From Takakia lepidozioides (lineage: Eukaryota > Plantae > Bryophyta), in NCBI GenBank assembly GCA_030704615.1, contig CM060732.1:58900001-58964000 (forward strand): a stretch of DNA of 64,000 nucleotides, read 5' to 3'. This document shows positions 59,566 to 64,000 of the stretch, in pieces. Each line of letters begins with the position of its first letter. Within the stretch, counting starts at the first letter, position 1. A program made the position numbers and the translations under genes. The notes beneath the pieces are model-generated. The model searched no databases and had not been told where the DNA came from. It saw nothing but the letters and a program-made list of their open reading frames with translations.

Positions 59566-62500
59566 CAACCACGGGACGCGTCTTCTACCTCTAAGCCTGC
59601 TGGACTCAAGGTTGCAGTCACGGAGGACAACTGGGAGCCTGATGTTGGATCTATAGTCACCGGAGGAGAGAGACGACGTATACGGCGGTTCTTGAGGGCT
59701 TACAGGAACTGCTTTGCCTTTAGTTTGAAGGACTTCGGAGCACTGAAGGGTCAAGAGATTCGCATTGAATTGGCTACTGACACGCCAATCTTTCAGAGAC
59801 CCTATAGATACAGTGACATGGAGAGGTCCTTGATTCAGATGAGAACTCAGGACCTTTGGGAGGCTGGTTTGGTGGAGCTATCTGGGGGAGAGTATGCTTC
59901 AGCCACAGTGATGCCAGCCAAGAAGGATGTCTTTGGCAATTGGACGGAGAGACGTATGTGCGGTGATTACCGGCCTGTAAATCGTCAGACCAAGTCCGAT
60001 AGGTATGCCATGCCAACACCAGAGGAGATCTTTGATGCCATTGGGCATGCCAAGGTCTTTAGCACGTTGGATTTACGATCCGGATATCACCAGTTGCCGA
60101 TCAAGGAGGCGGATAAGCAAAAGACGACATTCTGGGGGATCAATGAGCACGGGAAGGATTGCCTATACCAGTGGCGGTTCTTACCATTTGGGCTTAAGAA
60201 CGCTGGCAGAGTTTCAGAGAGTCATGGACAGGATTCTAGCAGGGGTGGAGTTTGCTCGGTGCTACATAGATGACATCATCATCTTTAGTGCTACGGTGGA
60301 AGAGCATGAGAGACACCTTCAGGGGGTATTTGAGCGCTTGAGGGCGCACGGATTGAAGTTACATCCGGGAAAGTGCAAGTTTTTCCACAACCAGATTGAG
60401 TATCTGGGTCACATGATATATCCTGGAGGATTGGGGGTACAGCAGACTAAGGTAGAGTCCATTGCACAGGTTCCACACCCCACGGATGTGAGCCGAGTTC
60501 GAGCTTTCATGGGGTTAGCAAACTATTATAGACGGTTTGTTAAGGGATTTAGTGCCATTGCAAAGGCTCTAACCAAGCTGACCAAGGTGGACCAGGAGTG
60601 GCAGTGGGAAGATGAGCAAGAACAAGCTTTTCAAGAGCTCAAGGCGAGGTTGACCTCGGCGCCCATCTTGAGACGACCTATCAGGGGGCGTCCTTTTCAG
60701 CTGCATACAGATTGGAGCATGCTGGGGCTTGGAGCAGTGCTCACACAGGTGGACGATGAGGGAAGAGAGTTCGTAGTGGCTTATGCTAGCCGCTCGAACA
60801 ACGTTGCAGAGTCTAAGTATAGCTCATATGAGGGAGAATGCTTAGCTGCAGTGTGGGCCGTGGCACACTTCAGGTGCTATCTATACGGCAATCTCTTCAC
60901 CCTTGTCACGGATCACCAACCACTCAAGTGGTTGATGGAGTCAGACAAGCTTACGGGGAAGCTTGCACGGTGGGCACTCATCCTTCAAGAGTATGACTTT
61001 CAGGTGGTGCATCGACCGGGTTTGGTCAATTGCAATGCAGATGGGTTGAGTCGCAATCCATGCATGAGCCAGCAGGATGACACTGGAGCTCGGTGGCATG
61101 GTGAGACGGACGAGGAGATGGTGCCCGGATGGCATGCATCTGCATTTCTGTGTATCTTGGCAGCGAAAGGCCAGGTTGGACCTGCAACAGGGATGACTGT
61201 AGATCAAGTGTCTGAGGACCCTGAGGCTAGCAATGAGCAAGGTGGCCCCAAAGATATACATGAGGATTCGGTTGTGTTGGACTACCTCCGCACTGGAGAC
61301 ACTGCAGCCACTGTGACTGCCAAGGAGAGGGATCGGATCCTACAACGAGCCAAGAGGTTCAAGTGGGAGGGGACACACCTGCTCCGAGTGTGGGAGGATG
61401 GTCGAGTGAGGATTGTGCCTCACCCAACACAGCGGGCACGGTTAGTGCGGCATGCCCATGAGGAGTTGGGGCATTTTAGGGTGCGACGCACTCATAGTCT
61501 ACTGCAGGGGCAGTATTGGTGGCGTGGTATGCACACAGAGGTGCAACAATTTGTGGCTAGGTGCATGGTGTGTGACAGGGTGCGTGCTTCATTCAACGCC
61601 CCTACTCCACAATTGCACCCTCTTCCGATCATGGGATTGGGCTACAGGTGGAGTTTTGACTTCGCAGGGCCGTTGCCACTGACCATGCGCCACAACAAGT
61701 ACGTGTTGGTGATGGTGGAGCACTTCTCCAAGTGGATTGAATTGGTTCCATTGCCTGATAAGGCTAGTGAGGGAGCTGCGTATGCATTCTTGGATTGTGT
61801 GCTTAGCCGATTCGGTGCTCCAGCTGAGGTACTCACGGACCAAGGGAGAGAGTTCTTGGGGGAGTTTCAGGCTTTGTGTGACAAGGCCTTGATAGACCAC
61901 CGCACCACTTCTCGGGATCATCCTGAGGCCGATGGCTTGGCAAAGAGAGTTGTTCAGACAGTAAAGAGGGGTTTGCGCAAGTATGGCTTGCAGAAGGGAC
62001 ACCTAGGAGATTGGGACCTTCAGTTACCCTGGTTAGCCATGGGCTACAGGTTCAGCAAGCAAGCATCACTTGCCTCCTTCTCACCATACTTTCTTCTCTT
62101 TGGCCGAGAGCCGGATTTGCCTACATCCATTCGCAGAGAAGCTGCTACAGTTCTTAACCTTGACGATCCGGACGTGTGGACACGTGCATGTGAGCAGCGT
62201 GCAGAGTTGTTCAAGAAAGTCATGCCCATGGCTTTTGAGAACCTTGCCATTGCACAACATCGTGATACGTTGAGGTATGCTACCATACGTGGTGGGGGCT
62301 ATCGTCCTGGGGTTCGGAGATTCAACCCTGGTGACTATGTTTATCTGCAGCAGACTGCTTCTACGACCTTGGATGTGACTACAGGACGTACTATTTTGAG
62401 GGTTCAAGAGGTGTTGCCCTCAGGAGTCCTGATCTTGGAGGGTCGAGATGGCATGATTTGGAAGGACCATGTGCGTAATTGCGCGCCATGTCACCTTCCA

Positions 62501-62698
62501 AATGTTGATGGAAGGGTTGACCCAAACCTGGCAGTGGTACCTGCAAGTTTGAGGTGCATGTTGTGTGGGTCTGCTAGAGGGGCAGCCACCATGCTGGTGT
62601 GTGATCAATGCTCTAGAGGTTGGCATATGGGATGCTTGACTCCACCTCTTGAGATGGTTCCTGATAGGGATTGGTTATGTCCGCATTGCATTGGATAG
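59566..62698 (+). pseudogene. Copy 2 Pol: RT - RNase H - DDE integrase - C-terminal PHD finger
   Basis: RT RMCGDYRPVN, LDLRSGYHQ, LPFGLKNA, YIDDII. RH LHTDWS, ECLA, TDH, NADGLSR. IN H..H..CMVC, FDFAGP, TDQGREF, GLAKR (catalytic E changed to K). PHD CMLC..CDQC..WHMGC..WLCPHC. One 2-nt deletion at ~60205. The RT-RH-IN order is Ty3/Gypsy. Confidence 0.95.
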
Positions 62699-62944
62699 TG
62701 GGAGTGGATACAACCATGGAAGGCTAACAAGAAATGCAAGGCCAAGCTACTAGGAGACCAACACATGAGATCCTGACTCAAGTTCACAGATTGCAAGACG
62801 ACAACTAACGATGGGGTTGCTCTTGTACCCGGCCTCTTGGTCTATAGAGTTTGAGTACAATAGGGACAGTGATAGAGGACTTAGTACGGCTGTGGCTATT
62901 ACATCTTGTAGCTATCTGGAGTTAGAGGGACCTAACCACCAGCT

Positions 62945-62954
62945 AGGGGGGCGA
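62945..62954 (+). promoter_or_regulatory. Polypurine-tract-like sequence
   Basis: AGGGGGGCGA immediately before T-TGTGG (start of repeat B1). Confidence 0.65.
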
Positions 62955-62955
62955 T

Positions 62956-63549
62956 TGTGGTATAGCTTTCTAGGATTGTGTGCTTAGATTGTGTGGTGGA
63001 TAGCGATGTATGTTGTGGCACGATGCTTAGGTGCACGACAGCTGTCATGGTTTTAGTCATGGTTATCTAGAATTACCTACTTCTAGTTAACTAGGACATT
63101 TTAGATATTTATATTTATATTTTGTGTGTTGGGACTTCATTTGGTCTCACATGCCAAGTGAGGTGTCGAGCCTCACTTGAGACATGGAGATAGGTTTTCC
63201 CCTTGTGAGTGTTGAGGAGGCTCATCTTCTTGTAGTTGAGCCTCCATGAGCTTCTCTTACCTCCATAGCTCTAGGTATTGAGAGGGAGTGTGTTGAGGGC
63301 TTTGTAGGGTGGATTCCTTTAGCAAAGGTGCCCTTGGTTTGACTTAGTTTATGTGATAGAGTGGATTTCAGTTGGAAGGACTAGGGCTTGTTCTTCATGT
63401 GATTGCTTCATGCTTTGAGAGCTTTCATTGTCTTCTACTTTTCTCATTTCTCATCTCTTATCATTGTGGTATAGCTTTCTAGGATTGTGTGCTTAGATTG
63501 TGTGGTGGACAGCGATGTATGTTGTGGCACGATGCTTAGGTGCACGACA
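62956..63549 (+). repeat. Composite 3' terminus B1(62956-63040)-GC-A2(63043-63463)-T-B2(63465-63549)
   Basis: B1 and B2 are 85-bp direct repeats (1 mismatch) with TG...CA ends; A2 repeats A1. Confidence 0.93.
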
Positions 63550-64000
63550 ACCTGCTTCGAGTGTGAGAGGATGGTCGGGTGAGGATCGTGCCTCACCCAA
63601 CACAGCGTGCACGGTTAGTGCGACATGCCCATGATGAATTGGGGCATTTTGGAATGCGGCGCACTCATAGTCTACTGCAGGGGCAGTATTGGTGGCGTGG
63701 TATGCACACAGAGGTGCAACAGTTTGTGGCTAGGTGCATGGTGTGTGACAGGGTGCGTGCTTCATTCAACGCCCTGATGAATTACGACACCGCAATATGA
63801 ATGAATTGACCTAGGTATTGGATGAACAAAGACACTGTTATAGGGATGATAAGTGACATTGTTATTTTATGACAAGTTTTATACATGGAAATGACGTTTT
63901 TTCTACAAATTTGTATTTTTGTAATGGTTGTAAAGACATGAAGTACTCATTTATGTGCCGCTGCAGTCGCTATTGCGGCGCCGAAATTGCGTACGGCAGT

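Larger units (their letters stand above)
52530..63549 (+). mobile_element. Ty3/Gypsy-MTase element copy 2, full length (11.0 kb), nested in copy 1 with a 4-bp TSD ACCT
   Basis: TG...CA ends (TGTCATG / CACGACA). ACCT at 52526-52529 and 63550-63553. The flanks rejoin to match the uninterrupted sequence at ~61370-61400. Confidence 0.93.
45431..63774 (+). mobile_element. Ty3/Gypsy-MTase element copy 1 (older, host copy): 45431-52529 plus 63550-63774, split by copy 2; 3' part missing
   Basis: 5' repeat TGTCA...TATCA at 45431-45747. Gag (N-terminus deleted) from ~47015, protease, MTase, RT, RNase H to 52529. Resumes in register at 63550 with the integrase HHCC (HAHDELGH..CMVC) and breaks off at 63774. 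Confidence 0.85.

Noticed and set aside
47015-62698. Stops repaired by U-to-C RNA editing
   Set aside because: That editing is organellar; the stops are private to each copy and accompanied by indels, as expected for decay.
63464-63476. tRNA-iMet PBS (TGGTAT...) after A2
   Set aside because: Only 6 nt match TGGTATCAGAGC, it is the start of repeat B, and it is absent after the 5' repeat where a PBS would act.
52530-63549. DIRS/PAT/Ngaro tyrosine-recombinase element, suggested by split repeats and a methyltransferase
   Set aside because: No tyrosine recombinase seen. It has a protease, an HHCC-DDE integrase, TG...CA ends and a TSD, and the MTase is C5-type (PCQ/ENV), not the adenine type of DIRS.

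Overview
Eukaryotic nuclear DNA, probably from a non-seed land plant (inferred from protein style and intron layout; species not determinable). 1-33520: a 5'-truncated, apparently intact DNA polymerase epsilon catalytic subunit gene (+, 49 visible exons). Its introns carry many 5'-truncated copies of a (CATTT)n-tailed LINE family and one 3.9-kb APE-RT-ZnF LINE with a 15-bp TSD. 34752-39005: a convergent membrane-anchored UDP-xylose synthase gene (-, 7 exons) whose first intron is a minor-spliceosome AT-AC intron. 42.5-64 kb: a nested retroelement block of Copia debris plus two decayed, nested copies of an unusual Ty3/Gypsy family. Aligning the two copies reconstructs the most interesting system here: one frame Gag(2 Zn knuckles)-protease-DNMT3-like C5 cytosine methyltransferase, an in-frame TAG-CAA-CCA stop shared by both copies (matches the UAG-CARYYA readthrough signal), then RT-RNase H-DDE integrase-PHD finger. 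The element has no tRNA PBS. Instead, a 12-nt PBS pairs with a hairpin loop in its own LTR, with 4 compensatory changes between copies. The complete inner copy has permuted terminal repeats (A...B-GC-A-B) yet a 4-bp TSD, as if a 2-LTR circle had been integrated through an internal palindrome. All alignments and counts were done by eye; mechanisms are hypotheses.
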